A stretch of 48,074 nucleotides of DNA from an uncultured Candidatus Saccharibacteria bacterium (GTDB taxonomy: Bacteria > Patescibacteriota > Minisyncoccia > Minisyncoccales > Staskawiczbacteraceae). Positions 27,042 to 37,777 of the stretch are shown piece after piece. The notes under the pieces are model-generated. The model ran no database searches. It was not told the DNA's origin and saw only the letters and a program-made list of their open reading frames with translations. Position 1 is the stretch's first letter. Every line of letters begins with the position of its first letter. A program made the translations under genes and the position numbers. Where the stretch lies: NCBI GenBank assembly GCA_964366875.1, contig CAYIVF010000003.1, positions 1 through 48,074 on the forward strand, in the 5' to 3' direction.

Positions 27042-29950
27042 GTTATAACTTCCCAGAGAACGAAAATAAAATTTTGAAGTTCTGGCAGGATAATAAAATA
27101 TTTGAAAAGTTAAGACAAAAAAACCAAGGCAAAAAGCGCTGGTCGTTTTTGGATGGGCCCATTACAGCCAACAACCCTATGGGCGTGCACCACGCCTGGG
27201 GCAGAACATATAAAGATGTGTTTCAGAGATATAAAGCCATGCAGGGTTTTGACGAGCGTTACCAAAATGGATTTGACTGCCAGGGACTTTGGGTTGAGGT
27301 TGAAGTAGAAAAAGAATTGGGTTTTAAAAACAAAAAGGACATTGAAATATACGGGATAGATAAGTTTGTTGAGAAATGCAAAGAAAGAGTCAGAAAATAT
27401 TCAGCAATTCAAACCGCGCAATCAATAAGATTGGGCCAGTGGATGGATTGGGAAAATTCATATTATACAATGTCTGATGAGAATAATTATGCTATTTGGC
27501 ATTTTTTAAAGAAATGCTGGCAGGATGGATATTTATATAAAGGAAGAGATTCGGTTCCATGGTGCCCGAGATGCGGAACAGCAATTTCTCAGCACGAAAT
27601 TTTGACAGAAGAGTATAAGGAGATAACCCACAAAGCCGTATATTTTAAATTGCCTATTATAGAAGGCAAACTAAAGGGTAAAAAGTTTTTAGTTTGGACA
27701 ACAACTCCTTGGACAATACCAGCCAATGTCGCGCTTGTAGTAAATCCTGATTTTGAATATGGAGTTTACAAAAAAAATAACGAAGAGTTAATTTTATTAA
27801 AACCCTTGGCAGAAAAGATATTAGATAAAGAATATATTTTAGAAAGAAAAATTAAAGGCAAAGATTTAAAGCAGCTCAGATACGAGGGGCCATTTGATAA
27901 TTTGCCAAGAGTTAAAAAAATAGCCACCGAAAAACCTGGAACTTTTCATACAGTCGCGCTAGATAAAGATTTGGTGACAGAGCAAGAGGGCACGGGCATT
28001 GTTCATATTGCGCCGGGGGCGGGTGAGGAAGATTTTAAAATTGGCAAAAAAGAAAATTTGGCAGTAATAGACGTTATTGATGAAGCAGCTGTTTATCTTG
28101 ATGATATGGGAAATTTTTCTGGAAAGAACGCAAAAGAAAATCCCGAGATAATTTTTAACGAACTAAAAAAAGACTATAACAAAAAATTCTTTTTTAAAAC
28201 AGAAGACTATATTCACCGCTATCCTACCTGCTGGAGGTGTAAAAAAGAATTAGTGTGGCGCGTTGTAGACGAATGGTATATTTCAATGGATAAACTGCGA
28301 AAACCTCTTGCAGATATAACAAAAAAGATAAATTGGATTCCTGAATTTGGCAGGGACAGAGAGTTAGACTGGTTAAAAAACATGCACGACTGGCTTATTT
28401 CTAAAAAAAGATATTGGGGTTTGGCTTTGCCGATTTTTGAATGCCAAAAGTGTAAAAGTTTTGAAGTTATTGGCTCTAAAGAAGAATTTAAAAAGAGAGC
28501 CGTTGAGGGCTGGGAGAAATTTGAAGGAAATTCGCCCCATAGACCCTGGGTAGATAGCGTAAAAATAAAATGTAAAAAATGCGGAGAAGTTGTTTCAAGA
28601 ATTAAAGACGTGGGCAATCCTTGGTTAGATGCCGGAATAGTTTCTTTTTCTACAATGAAATACTTTTCAGATAAAAATTATTGGAAAAAGTGGTTTCCCG
28701 CAGAGTTAATTTGTGAATCATTTCCCGGCCAGTTTAAAAATTGGTTTTATAGTCTTTTGGTAATGTCAGCTGTGTTAGAGAACACAAATCCCATAAAAAC
28801 TGTCTTTGGGTATGCTTCAGTGCGCGACGAAAAAGGCGAAGAAATGCATAAATCCAAGGGAAACGCTATTTGGTTTGACGAAGCAGTAGAAAAGGCGGGG
28901 GCCGACCCGATGAGGTGGCTTTATGCAAAACAAAACCCCGCTGAAAATCTTGGGTTTGGTTATAACGTTATTGAAGAGACAAAAAGAAAATTGCTTACAT
29001 TATATAATACTTATGTTTTCTTTAATACATACGTGAAAAAAGAGGAAATATCTGAAAAAGACTTGAAGATAAAGCCTAAAAATATTTTAGACAAATGGAT
29101 AGCTTCAAAAATTGACCATTTAATCAGTTCCTCAGAATTTAATTTAGATAAGTATGATGTTGCCAGGACAGTTTTAAACATAGAGGATTTTTTTATAAAC
29201 GACTTATCCTTGTGGTATATAAGAAGGTCAAGGCGCAGGTTTCATGAAGATAGTCTGAACAGAAAGGAAGTTATAAGTGTTTTCTATTACGTTCTACTCA
29301 ATATTACAAAGCTAGCCGCTCCCATAATGCCCTTTTTTGCAGAAGAAATGTATCAGCAAATAAAACTTGATGCTATGCCAGAATCTGTGCACCTGTGCGA
29401 TTGGCCGGAGTTAAAGGGTTCGGGACAGACCGACTTAGAGCTTGAGACAAAGATGGATGAAGTCAGGTCTATTGTAAATTTAGCTTTAGCTGAAAGAGCA
29501 GCCAAAGGAATAAAAGTAAAACAGCCGCTAAAGAAGCTCAAGATTAAAAGTTTAAAGTCAAAAATAAAAGATAATAAAGAGTTATTGGATTTAATAAAAG
29601 ATGAAGTGAATATTAAAGAAGTTGTTTTTGATACTAAAATCAAAGAAGAAATAGAGCTGGATACAGATATCACAGAAGAATTGAAAGAAGAGGGCATTGC
29701 CAGAGAGGTTGTGCGTCGTGTGCAAGAGATGAGAAAAAATATGGGATTAAAACCAGTAGATAAGATTTTGTTATTTCTTTCTGGCGATAGTAAATTAAAT
29801 AAAGCCTTAAAAGCCAGTAAAGACTTTATTCTAAAAGAGACAAGAGCTAAAGAGATTTATATCTCAAAAAAGACAAGTTTGAAGTTTGATGCAGAAAAAG
29901 AAATATCGGTAGATAACAGCACATTGTTTTTAGCTGTTAAAAAGCTATGA
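27038..29950 (+). CDS. ileS: Isoleucyl-tRNA synthetase
   Basis: DGPITAN...GVHH, WTTTPWT, GTGIVH.AP, DWLIS..RYWG, EMHKS.GN, WYIRRSRRRF. Confidence 0.95.
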   Translation: MSYNFPENENKILKFWQDNKIFEKLRQKNQGKKRWSFLDGPITANNPMGVHHAWGRTYKDVFQRYKAMQGFDERYQNGFDCQGLWVEVEVEKELGFKNKKDIEIYGIDKFVEKCKERVRKYSAIQTAQSIRLGQWMDWENSYYTMSDENNYAIWHFLKKCWQDGYLYKGRDSVPWCPRCGTAISQHEILTEEYKEITHKAVYFKLPIIEGKLKGKKFLVWTTTPWTIPANVALVVNPDFEYGVYKKNNEELILLKPLAEKILDKEYILERKIKGKDLKQLRYEGPFDNLPRVKKIATEKPGTFHTVALDKDLVTEQEGTGIVHIAPGAGEEDFKIGKKENLAVIDVIDEAAVYLDDMGNFSGKNAKENPEIIFNELKKDYNKKFFFKTEDYIHRYPTCWRCKKELVWRVVDEWYISMDKLRKPLADITKKINWIPEFGRDRELDWLKNMHDWLISKKRYWGLALPIFECQKCKSFEVIGSKEEFKKRAVEGWEKFEGNSPHRPWVDSVKIKCKKCGEVVSRIKDVGNPWLDAGIVSFSTMKYFSDKNYWKKWFPAELICESFPGQFKNWFYSLLVMSAVLENTNPIKTVFGYASVRDEKGEEMHKSKGNAIWFDEAVEKAGADPMRWLYAKQNPAENLGFGYNVIEETKRKLLTLYNTYVFFNTYVKKEEISEKDLKIKPKNILDKWIASKIDHLISSSEFNLDKYDVARTVLNIEDFFINDLSLWYIRRSRRRFHEDSLNRKEVISVFYYVLLNITKLAAPIMPFFAEEMYQQIKLDAMPESVHLCDWPELKGSGQTDLELETKMDEVRSIVNLALAERAAKGIKVKQPLKKLKIKSLKSKIKDNKELLDLIKDEVNIKEVVFDTKIKEEIELDTDITEELKEEGIAREVVRRVQEMRKNMGLKPVDKILLFLSGDSKLNKALKASKDFILKETRAKEIYISKKTSLKFDAEKEISVDNSTLFLAVKKL

Positions 29951-30978
29951 CAGAAAATCTCATATTTTTTTCCATATATTTTTTTATCATTGCAATTGTT
30001 GTTCTGTCTTGCGCTGTTATTATTGTTTCAATTTTTAAGTCGCTGCAGAAGTTATTCAGAAGAATATTTAATATAGAAGAAAGAGAAAAGCGCATTGATA
30101 AAGATGTCACAGAGGAATTTAAAATCATAAAAGAAGATTATAGCAAAGAGATTGCCAATATGCCAAAAAACCAAGTTATAGGCAATTTAGGAGGGCCCGC
30201 CCAAAATCCTGCGGATATTGAGGCGGGCGAGCCTGCCAGCCATGATGCCGCAGCTTCAGACGGGGAAGAAAAAGAACAAAAAGACATTGTAAAAGAACAA
30301 AGAGCAAAGAAAGAAAAAGATATCGCCGAAGGATTGGGTGAATTTAAAAAATCTTCCTCTGAAGAGAAGCTATCAAAATTGTCCGGACTTCCTGATAGAG
30401 AAGAAAAAGACGAAGAAGTCGGTATAGGCGAAAAGATAAAAATACCACGGGCAAAACGTTTTTATGAAGACGAAAAAACAAAACAAGAAAACGTTGCACA
30501 GGGAAAATATTTTATTAAAGACATAAATGGTTTAGAAAAAACTGGGATAACAACTAACCATGGCGTTATTCCAGTAGATAGAGAGCAGCCTGGAGAAAAT
30601 AAAGGGTCAAGGGAAATACCTTCTTCTGGCTCCGAAGCTAAAATATTAAGCGAGAAGATTAAAGAGGTAAAGCATGAAGACCCGTCTATATTTGAAGGTA
30701 AGTCGGAGATTTCTAGATTAAAATTAAAGAATGAATTAAGATATAATCCAAAGGTTTGGCAAGCCCAAAGACAGGCAGGACTTACATTGAGCCCAATAGA
30801 AAGGGCAAAACTTGAAAAAGAAGTTTTTTCGCAAGCGCTCGGCGGAAATATTTCTAAAACAGATATAAAGTGGGGCATAGAGAAGCTTAATCAAAAGATG
30901 CTGAGCACCAAAGACCTTGCTGAAAAGGGAAAATTAAGGAAAGAAATAAATTTTTTTAAAAAAATAGGAGGAGTATAA
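29947..30978 (+). CDS. Hypothetical membrane-anchored charged protein
   Basis: N-terminal TM then E/K-rich region; start overlaps ileS stop. Confidence 0.7.
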   Translation: MTENLIFFSIYFFIIAIVVLSCAVIIVSIFKSLQKLFRRIFNIEEREKRIDKDVTEEFKIIKEDYSKEIANMPKNQVIGNLGGPAQNPADIEAGEPASHDAAASDGEEKEQKDIVKEQRAKKEKDIAEGLGEFKKSSSEEKLSKLSGLPDREEKDEEVGIGEKIKIPRAKRFYEDEKTKQENVAQGKYFIKDINGLEKTGITTNHGVIPVDREQPGENKGSREIPSSGSEAKILSEKIKEVKHEDPSIFEGKSEISRLKLKNELRYNPKVWQAQRQAGLTLSPIERAKLEKEVFSQALGGNISKTDIKWGIEKLNQKMLSTKDLAEKGKLRKEINFFKKIGGV

Positions 30979-30986
30979 TAAATAAC

Positions 30987-31697
30987 ATGTCATTATATTA
31001 CAGGACAAAGGGCATTGTTTTTAAAAAGGACGACAGGGCAGAAGCCGACAGGGTTTTCACTATTTTTACTCATGATTTCGGTAAATTAGAAGTAGTAGCT
31101 CGCGCCATAAGAAAGATTAATTCAAAATTGAGGGCAGGCATAGATGTTTTTTACTTGTCGGAAATTGAGTTCATACAAGGCAAATTTTATAAAACCCTTA
31201 CAGATTCGGCGGCCATAGAAAGATTCAAAAATATATCTCAAGATCCAGAAAAGTTGAATATTTCTCGTAAAATAGCAGAGTTTATTAGTTGTTATATAAA
31301 TGGCCAGGAAAAAGATGAGGATATATTCAATTTGTTGAACGAAACACTTGCTAAACTGAATAGCCAAACTAACCACTCGCTGATTTATCATTATTTTTTT
31401 TGGAACTTCTTTTCTATATTGGGGTATCGGCCAGAAATATATAAGTGCGCTGCCTGCCAAGAGAAATTAAATCCGTATAGTATCTATTTTTCAAATAAAG
31501 AAGGCGGTGCTGTCTGTAAAAATTGCTTAGGAGCTGATAGAGAAGCTAAAAAAATTAACTCTGATGTCGTTAAAGTTCTAAGGCTATTTTTAAAAAACGA
31601 TTGGCAAATTATTTCTAAGTTAAAGATTGATAAATATTCCCAAATATTATTAGAAAAAGTGTCAGAAGATTATCATTTATATAAACAAAATTCATAA
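30987..31697 (+). CDS. recO: DNA repair protein RecO
   Basis: EADR....FT..FGK....AR..RK..SKL, LGYRP...C..C, GG.VC..C. Confidence 0.93.
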   Translation: MSLYYRTKGIVFKKDDRAEADRVFTIFTHDFGKLEVVARAIRKINSKLRAGIDVFYLSEIEFIQGKFYKTLTDSAAIERFKNISQDPEKLNISRKIAEFISCYINGQEKDEDIFNLLNETLAKLNSQTNHSLIYHYFFWNFFSILGYRPEIYKCAACQEKLNPYSIYFSNKEGGAVCKNCLGADREAKKINSDVVKVLRLFLKNDWQIISKLKIDKYSQILLEKVSEDYHLYKQNS

Positions 31698-31698
31698 T

Positions 31699-33360
31699 AT
31701 GTCCAAAAAAGCTATTTTTTTAATTTTACTTATTGTCGTCATGGTCGGTTTCTTTGCATATATAATTTATATGGGCAGTATGTTTTCAAAAGAGTTTTTG
31801 AAGCTGGAGATTTTAGGTCCCGATAAAGCCAAAACAGGAGGGGAAATTGAATATATTGTAAAATACAAAAATAACGGGAATTTTGTTTTAGAGCAACCTA
31901 AGCTTATCTTTGAGATGCCAGAGAATTCTTTGACAGAAGACGGCAAAACAAGAATCACCCAAAATTTAAAAGACATATATCCTGGAGACGAAGAGCTTGT
32001 AAAGTTTAAGACGCGTCTGTTGGGTAAAGACAATGATTTAAAAACCGCTAAAGCTTCGCTTACATATGTGCCAAAAAACATAACTGCTCCCTATGAATCA
32101 GACACTAGTTTTACTACTAAAATTGAAACAACCCCAATTACTTTAGACTTTGATTTGCCTTCTAAATTAGAAAAAGGAAAGGAGGCTCAATACTCTATCA
32201 ATTATTTTTCCAACATAGATTATCCTTTAGAAAACCTTAGCATCAAGGTAGATTCTGTGCCTGGTTTTGATTTTGTATCATCTACACCCTCGTCATTAGA
32301 CAGCTCAGAATGGAAATTGCAAACCTTGAATAAGGCCCAGGGCGGAAGAATTACCATTAAAGGAAAAATGAATGCCGATACTAATCAAACTTTAACTTTT
32401 AGCGCAAAATTAGGCATGCGGATAAACGGAAACTTTATTGTTATAAAAGAGGCGACAGCCGACGTTCAGTCAATACAACCCTTGTTATTTATTTCCCAGC
32501 AAGTTAACGGGTCTTCTGATTACGTTGCCTCGCCCGGCGAAACTCTTCACTATCGGGTCTTTTTTAGAAACATAGGGTCTAGCCCCTTTGACAACCTTTT
32601 TATAATAGCAAGGCTTGATGGTTCAGCTTTAGACACGTCTACAATACAAGCAGAAGGGGGCCAAGTTCAGCTCAATGACAATATGATTGTCTGGGATTCA
32701 AAGCAAGTGTCTCAGTTAAGGCGCTTGGATGTTCAGCAGGAAAGCGAGGTAGATTTTAATGTAAAGGTAAAAAGCAATTGGGTTCCTGCAAATCAAGATG
32801 GAAATGATACCCTGATAACTAATGAAGTTAATATTTCTCAAATTACCCAAAAGTTTACTATAAAAGTTAATTCTGGTTTGGTAATTTCTCAAAGAGCATA
32901 CTATAAAGACCCTGGTATTTCAAATTCTGGCCCCATCCCGCCAAAAGCAGGAAAAGCAACCACTTATACAATTACATGGGATATTAAGAATTACTTTAGC
33001 GACACTAAAAATGTTAAAGTAAAAGCAGTCCTGCCCCAGAATATCAGCTTGACTGGCCAGATTTTACCACAAGACCAATTATCAAGTTTTTCTTTTGATT
33101 CAGCCAGCCGTGAAATTGTTTGGTCTGCCGGCGACATTTTGGCCGGCACAGGAGTAAATGGAGACCCTGTTTCTCTTTCTTTCCAAGTATCTTTAACTCC
33201 TTCTGCTTTGCAAAAAGGTACTACAGCTCCTCTTATAGGAGAAGTAAATATTTCAGGCGAAAACCAATTTACCGGAACTGTTATTACGGCCAAAGATTCT
33301 GGGGTAAATACAAGTTTGCCGGACGATTTTGCCAATTCCGGCGGCGGAATAGTACAATAA
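31699..33360 (+). CDS. Membrane-anchored protein with repeated beta-sandwich (DUF11-like) domains
   Basis: N-terminal TM; repeated G....Y....N motifs; SGPIPPK.G..TTYTI.W. Confidence 0.7.
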   Translation: MSKKAIFLILLIVVMVGFFAYIIYMGSMFSKEFLKLEILGPDKAKTGGEIEYIVKYKNNGNFVLEQPKLIFEMPENSLTEDGKTRITQNLKDIYPGDEELVKFKTRLLGKDNDLKTAKASLTYVPKNITAPYESDTSFTTKIETTPITLDFDLPSKLEKGKEAQYSINYFSNIDYPLENLSIKVDSVPGFDFVSSTPSSLDSSEWKLQTLNKAQGGRITIKGKMNADTNQTLTFSAKLGMRINGNFIVIKEATADVQSIQPLLFISQQVNGSSDYVASPGETLHYRVFFRNIGSSPFDNLFIIARLDGSALDTSTIQAEGGQVQLNDNMIVWDSKQVSQLRRLDVQQESEVDFNVKVKSNWVPANQDGNDTLITNEVNISQITQKFTIKVNSGLVISQRAYYKDPGISNSGPIPPKAGKATTYTITWDIKNYFSDTKNVKVKAVLPQNISLTGQILPQDQLSSFSFDSASREIVWSAGDILAGTGVNGDPVSLSFQVSLTPSALQKGTTAPLIGEVNISGENQFTGTVITAKDSGVNTSLPDDFANSGGGIVQ

Positions 33361-33407
33361 TAATCTCCTTGGCTTTGCCAAGGAGAAAAAAATTAAAAAT
33401 AAATTTT

Positions 33408-34745
33408 ATGAAAAAAGATAATACTGATAACTTAATGGAAAAAATAATTTCGTTTTCCAAAAGGCGCGGGTTTATTTTCCAGTCGTCTGAGATTTACGGC
33501 GGGTTTGGTTCTTGCTATGATTTTGGTCCTTTGGGAGTGGAATTAAAAAACAATATTAAAAAGCTTTGGTGGAATGAAATGACCAGGCTTCATGACAATA
33601 TTGTAGGATTGGATGCTTCTATTTTAATGAGTCCTAAAGTTTGGCAGGCATCAGGTCACTTAACTGCCGGCTTTGCAGACGAATTAGTTGAGTGCAAAAA
33701 ATGCCATTATAGATTCAGGAAAGATTTAATTGAACAAAATAAATGTCCTGACTGCGGCGGAGAACTAACCGAGCCGCGCAAGTTTAATTTAATGATGAAA
33801 ACATTTGTGGGCCCCATAGAAGACGAGGCGGCAATAACTTATTTAAGAGCTGAAACCTGCCAGGGAATTTATGTTAATTTTAAAAATGTTTTGCAATCAA
33901 TGCGTTTAAAGCTGCCTTTTGGCATAGCTCAGATAGGAAAGTCGTTTCGCAATGAAATTACTCCCAAAGACTTTATTTTCCGCACAAGAGAATTTGAGCA
34001 AATGGAAATGCAGTGGTTTTGCAACCCAGATGATGCAGATAAATTCTTTGAATATTGGTTGAAAGAAAGAATGAACTGGTATATGCGGTTAGGCATTAAA
34101 AAAGAAAATTTAAGAATAAAAGAAACTCCGAAAAATGAATTGGCTCATTATGCAAAAAGAGCAGTTGATATTGAATACAAGTTTCCATTCGGTTGGAAAG
34201 AAATTGAAGGCGTGCACAATAGAGGAGATTGGGACTTATCCAACCACTCAAAACACAGCGGAGAAGATTTGAGTTATACGGACGAAAGCGGAGAAAAATA
34301 TTCCCCCCATATTATAGAAACATCTGCCGGAGCCGATAGAACCCTGTTTACCTTACTTTGCGCTGGTTTTGAAGAAGTTGAGGGTGGGAGAACCAAAACA
34401 ACAGAATCAACAAAAGAAATCGAAACAGTATTGAATATTAACGCCAGCTTGGCTCCCGTAAAGGTTGCGGTGTTGCCTTTGGTTAAAAATAAGCCAGAGA
34501 TTGTTAAAAAAGCAAAAGAAGTTTATGCTCTGCTTAAAATACACTTTAACTGCCAATACGACGAGTCGGGCTCCATTGGCAGAAGATATAGAAGGCAAGA
34601 CGAAATAGGCACGCCCTTTTGCGTAACTATAGATTTTGAGACATTAGAAAACAACGACGTTACTTTAAGATATCGAGACACAATGAAACAGGAACGGGTT
34701 AAAATTTCTGATTTAGTTATAAAAATATCAGATTCTTTAAAATGA
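33408..34745 (+). CDS. glyQS: Glycyl-tRNA synthetase (alpha2 type)
   Basis: KRRGF.F.SSEIYGG, YLRAETCQG, FRNEITP, REFEQME, IGRRYRRQDEIGTP; start likely 33408 or 33435, not 33120. Confidence 0.95.
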   Translation: MKKDNTDNLMEKIISFSKRRGFIFQSSEIYGGFGSCYDFGPLGVELKNNIKKLWWNEMTRLHDNIVGLDASILMSPKVWQASGHLTAGFADELVECKKCHYRFRKDLIEQNKCPDCGGELTEPRKFNLMMKTFVGPIEDEAAITYLRAETCQGIYVNFKNVLQSMRLKLPFGIAQIGKSFRNEITPKDFIFRTREFEQMEMQWFCNPDDADKFFEYWLKERMNWYMRLGIKKENLRIKETPKNELAHYAKRAVDIEYKFPFGWKEIEGVHNRGDWDLSNHSKHSGEDLSYTDESGEKYSPHIIETSAGADRTLFTLLCAGFEEVEGGRTKTTESTKEIETVLNINASLAPVKVAVLPLVKNKPEIVKKAKEVYALLKIHFNCQYDESGSIGRRYRRQDEIGTPFCVTIDFETLENNDVTLRYRDTMKQERVKISDLVIKISDSLK

Positions 34746-35452
34746 ACAATAAAAGGGTTTCAGTGATAATGCCGGCCTATAATGAATCAAAATACATTGA
34801 AAAATCTTTAAAAATGTATAAGAGCCAGGATTGTTCTTCTTTAGAGATAATCGTTGTTGATAATTCTACTGATGACGGAAAAACATTTAAAATAGCTAAA
34901 AAATACGCTGACAAAATTATAAGTTTCCCTTATCCTATTGGATTAAGCAATGCTAGAAACGAGGGCGCAAAAGCGGCTACAGGAGAAATTTTTATTTTTT
35001 CTGATGCCGACAGTTATGTTGAACAAGGTGGTATCAAAAAAATTCTTCAAATTACAGATGAAAATACAGTAGGGACTCTTTCGGGAAGAGGAGATAATGG
35101 TAACATTAGAGGAAAAATATTTTTCCGGTTTAAAAATTTGATTCACTGGTTAAGAATATATCAAGGAGTCGGAGGCGGTGTTTTATTCTGTCATAGAAAA
35201 GTCTATTTTAATGCGGGAGGATTTGATAGCAAAAAAGAGCCGGCTGAACTTTTTAACTTTGTGAAGAATGCAAAGAATTCAGGCGCAAAGTATAAAGTCC
35301 TTTTTAATTGTTATGCGACCACTTCTTTGCGTCGCTATGAAGAAAAGGGATACTTTAACGTTATTCTTTCTTGGATTAAATGGAGAATCTGTTCTTTTCT
35401 TGCTAAAGAAAATAAAGTTTTTATAAATTATTTCAATCTTAAAGATAAATAA
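34742..35452 (+). CDS. Glycosyltransferase family 2
   Basis: SVIMPAYNE, VDN.S.D, ARN.GA, F.DAD, TS.RR. Confidence 0.9.
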   Translation: MNNKRVSVIMPAYNESKYIEKSLKMYKSQDCSSLEIIVVDNSTDDGKTFKIAKKYADKIISFPYPIGLSNARNEGAKAATGEIFIFSDADSYVEQGGIKKILQITDENTVGTLSGRGDNGNIRGKIFFRFKNLIHWLRIYQGVGGGVLFCHRKVYFNAGGFDSKKEPAELFNFVKNAKNSGAKYKVLFNCYATTSLRRYEEKGYFNVILSWIKWRICSFLAKENKVFINYFNLKDK

Positions 35453-35462
35453 AAAAGACAAA

Positions 35463-36734
35463 ATGTATAAAAAAACAACGCTAAAAAACGGATTAAGGAT
35501 TATTACAGTCCCCATGCAAAATTCAAACAGCGTAACTTGTTTGATACTTATTGGTACTGGCTCTAAATACGAAACGAAAGACATAAATGTTATTTCTCAT
35601 TTCTTAGAGCATATGTTTTTTAAAGGCACTAAAAAAAGGCCCAATACCCTGAAAATCGCCGAGACATTGGATATGGTCGGCGGAGAATATAACGCCTTTA
35701 CCTCAAAAGAAATTACTGGATTTTGGGCAAAGGTAGATAAAAAACACCAAGACATTGCTTTGGATTGGCTCTCTGATATATTTTTAAATTCCAAATTTGA
35801 TGAAAAAGAAATGCAGAGAGAAAAGGGCGTTATAATTGAAGAAATAAATATGTATTTAGATAATCCCGCAGCTTACATTGGCGAACTATGGGAAAATCTT
35901 TTATACGGCGACCAGCCGGCTGGCTGGCGGGTCATTGGGGAAAAAGAGAATATATTGAGTTTTAATAGGCAAAAAGTCGTTAATTATTTTAAAACCCACT
36001 ATTCTCCTTTAAACACAATAGTGTGCGTGGCCGGGGCCATAGATTCAGAAAAAATTGAATCAAAAATTAAAGATTATTTTAAAAGTATAGCAGATGCGAG
36101 CCCTGAGTCTAAAGTAAAAATAAAGGAGCGGCAAAAAATACCGAATGTGCTGATTCATAGCAAAAAGACAGACCAGACCCATTTTTGCTTGGGGGTAAGA
36201 GCTTATGATTTATTTAGTCCTAAAAGGTATACATTAGCCTTGTTGTCGGTAATCTTAGGGGGAAACATGAGCTCGCGATTATTTATAAAAGTAAGAGAGA
36301 GAAATGGCTTAGCTTACTCTATACATACCTTAACCGATAATTCTACTGACACAGGGTACTTAGTAACGCAGGCGGGTATTGACCATAAAAACCTGGAAAA
36401 ATCTGTAAAATTGATTTTAGAAGAATACAAGAACTTAAAAGCTCAAAAAATTAAAAGCCGAGAGCTGCAAAAAGCAAAAGACTATTTAAAGGGTGTTATG
36501 TCTTTGTCTTTAGATTCCTCTGACAGTCAGGCGTCCTTTTATGCTGCGCAAGAATTGCTGGAAGAAACTATTTTAACCCCGGAAGAAAAGTTTAGAAAAA
36601 TTGACCAGGTTTCTATAAATGATATAAAGAAAGTAGCAGAGGATATATTTTCAGAAGGTAAGTTAAACTTGGCATTAATAGGCCCCTTTAACCAAAAAGA
36701 CTCAGAAAGGCTAAAACAATTATTAAAGTTATAA
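35463..36734 (+). CDS. M16 family peptidase
   Basis: HFLEHMFFKGT, NAFT, SSRLF..VRE..GLAY. Confidence 0.93.
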   Translation: MYKKTTLKNGLRIITVPMQNSNSVTCLILIGTGSKYETKDINVISHFLEHMFFKGTKKRPNTLKIAETLDMVGGEYNAFTSKEITGFWAKVDKKHQDIALDWLSDIFLNSKFDEKEMQREKGVIIEEINMYLDNPAAYIGELWENLLYGDQPAGWRVIGEKENILSFNRQKVVNYFKTHYSPLNTIVCVAGAIDSEKIESKIKDYFKSIADASPESKVKIKERQKIPNVLIHSKKTDQTHFCLGVRAYDLFSPKRYTLALLSVILGGNMSSRLFIKVRERNGLAYSIHTLTDNSTDTGYLVTQAGIDHKNLEKSVKLILEEYKNLKAQKIKSRELQKAKDYLKGVMSLSLDSSDSQASFYAAQELLEETILTPEEKFRKIDQVSINDIKKVAEDIFSEGKLNLALIGPFNQKDSERLKQLLKL

Positions 36735-36740
36735 AATCAT

Positions 36741-37772
36741 ATGAGCCAAGAGCAAACATTAGATATTTCTTGGGAGGCTGTAATCAAGGTGTTTATAGCA
36801 ATTTTTATTTTCTACATTATCTATTTAGCCAGAGATATCGCTCTTTGGTTCTTTTTCGGTTTAGCCGTATCTGTTTTGCTAGAGCCCGGTATTAATTTTT
36901 TAAGAAAGCTCAAAATACCAAAGGTTATAGCTGTTTTGCTTATCTATCTGTCAATTTTCGGTGTTTTAGGACTCTTGATTTATTTGACAGCTCCCATTTT
37001 TATTTATGAACTAAAACAGTTTTCCCAATATATACCTGACTATTTTGAAAAGATTAGTCCGGTTTTAAGGCAGGCTGGTATGGATGCAATGCAAAGTTTT
37101 GATGATTTTACGCAATTTTTAACAGGCAGGTTAGAGCAAAGCTCTAAAGGTATTATGAATGCCCTTATGGCTTTTTTTGGAGGAATATCTGCCACTGCCT
37201 TTATTTTAACCATTGCCTTTTTTCTTTCTTTAGAAGAGAAGGGACCTGAAAGGTTTTTAACTTTAATTACTCCCAAAAGATATGAAGAGCAGATAATATC
37301 GCTTTTTGAAAGGGTTCAAAAGAAAGTTGCAGGCTGGTTTGGAGCAAGAATATTATCGTGTCTTTTTGTAGGGATAGCCTCCTTTCTCGTTTTTTATGTC
37401 TTTGGAATAAACTATGCCTTTCTTTTAGCTTTAATTTCAGGCGTCTTGAATTTTATCCCGTATATCGGGCCATGGATAACCAGTATTTTATTGGTCGTAT
37501 TTATTATCGTTTCCACCGGTTCATGGCTGACTGTGCTTTATGTTTTAATTGCTATAACCGCAATACAAGAAATTGAAAACAATCTCTTGTCTCCATTGTT
37601 GATGAAAAAGATGATTGATATTCCTCCGGTTTTAGTTTTGGTTTCCTTGCTTGTGGGAGCTAAACTCTTTGGATTTTTGGGGACAATTTTTGCAGTTCCG
37701 GTCTTTGGTATTATTTATGAATTTCTAAAAGAGTTTTTAGAAAAAAGAAGAGAGGAATCCTCTATTTGCTAG
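36741..37772 (+). CDS. AI-2E family transporter
   Basis: Multi-TM, FIPYIGP, Q.IENN...P, G.LFG..G...AVP. Confidence 0.9.
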   Translation: MSQEQTLDISWEAVIKVFIAIFIFYIIYLARDIALWFFFGLAVSVLLEPGINFLRKLKIPKVIAVLLIYLSIFGVLGLLIYLTAPIFIYELKQFSQYIPDYFEKISPVLRQAGMDAMQSFDDFTQFLTGRLEQSSKGIMNALMAFFGGISATAFILTIAFFLSLEEKGPERFLTLITPKRYEEQIISLFERVQKKVAGWFGARILSCLFVGIASFLVFYVFGINYAFLLALISGVLNFIPYIGPWITSILLVVFIIVSTGSWLTVLYVLIAITAIQEIENNLLSPLLMKKMIDIPPVLVLVSLLVGAKLFGFLGTIFAVPVFGIIYEFLKEFLEKRREESSIC

Positions 37773-37777
37773 ATTTG

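Noticed and set aside
33120-33407. N-terminal extension of GlyRS in the ORF track
   Set aside because: Overlaps the upstream gene; GlyRS similarity begins after 33408. The same applies to the extended starts of polX, leuS, EndoQ and the TIM-barrel gene
35580-35620. M16 peptidase has VISHFLEH instead of the usual GISHFLEH
   Set aside because: Single substitution with HxxEH intact; not enough to call inactivation
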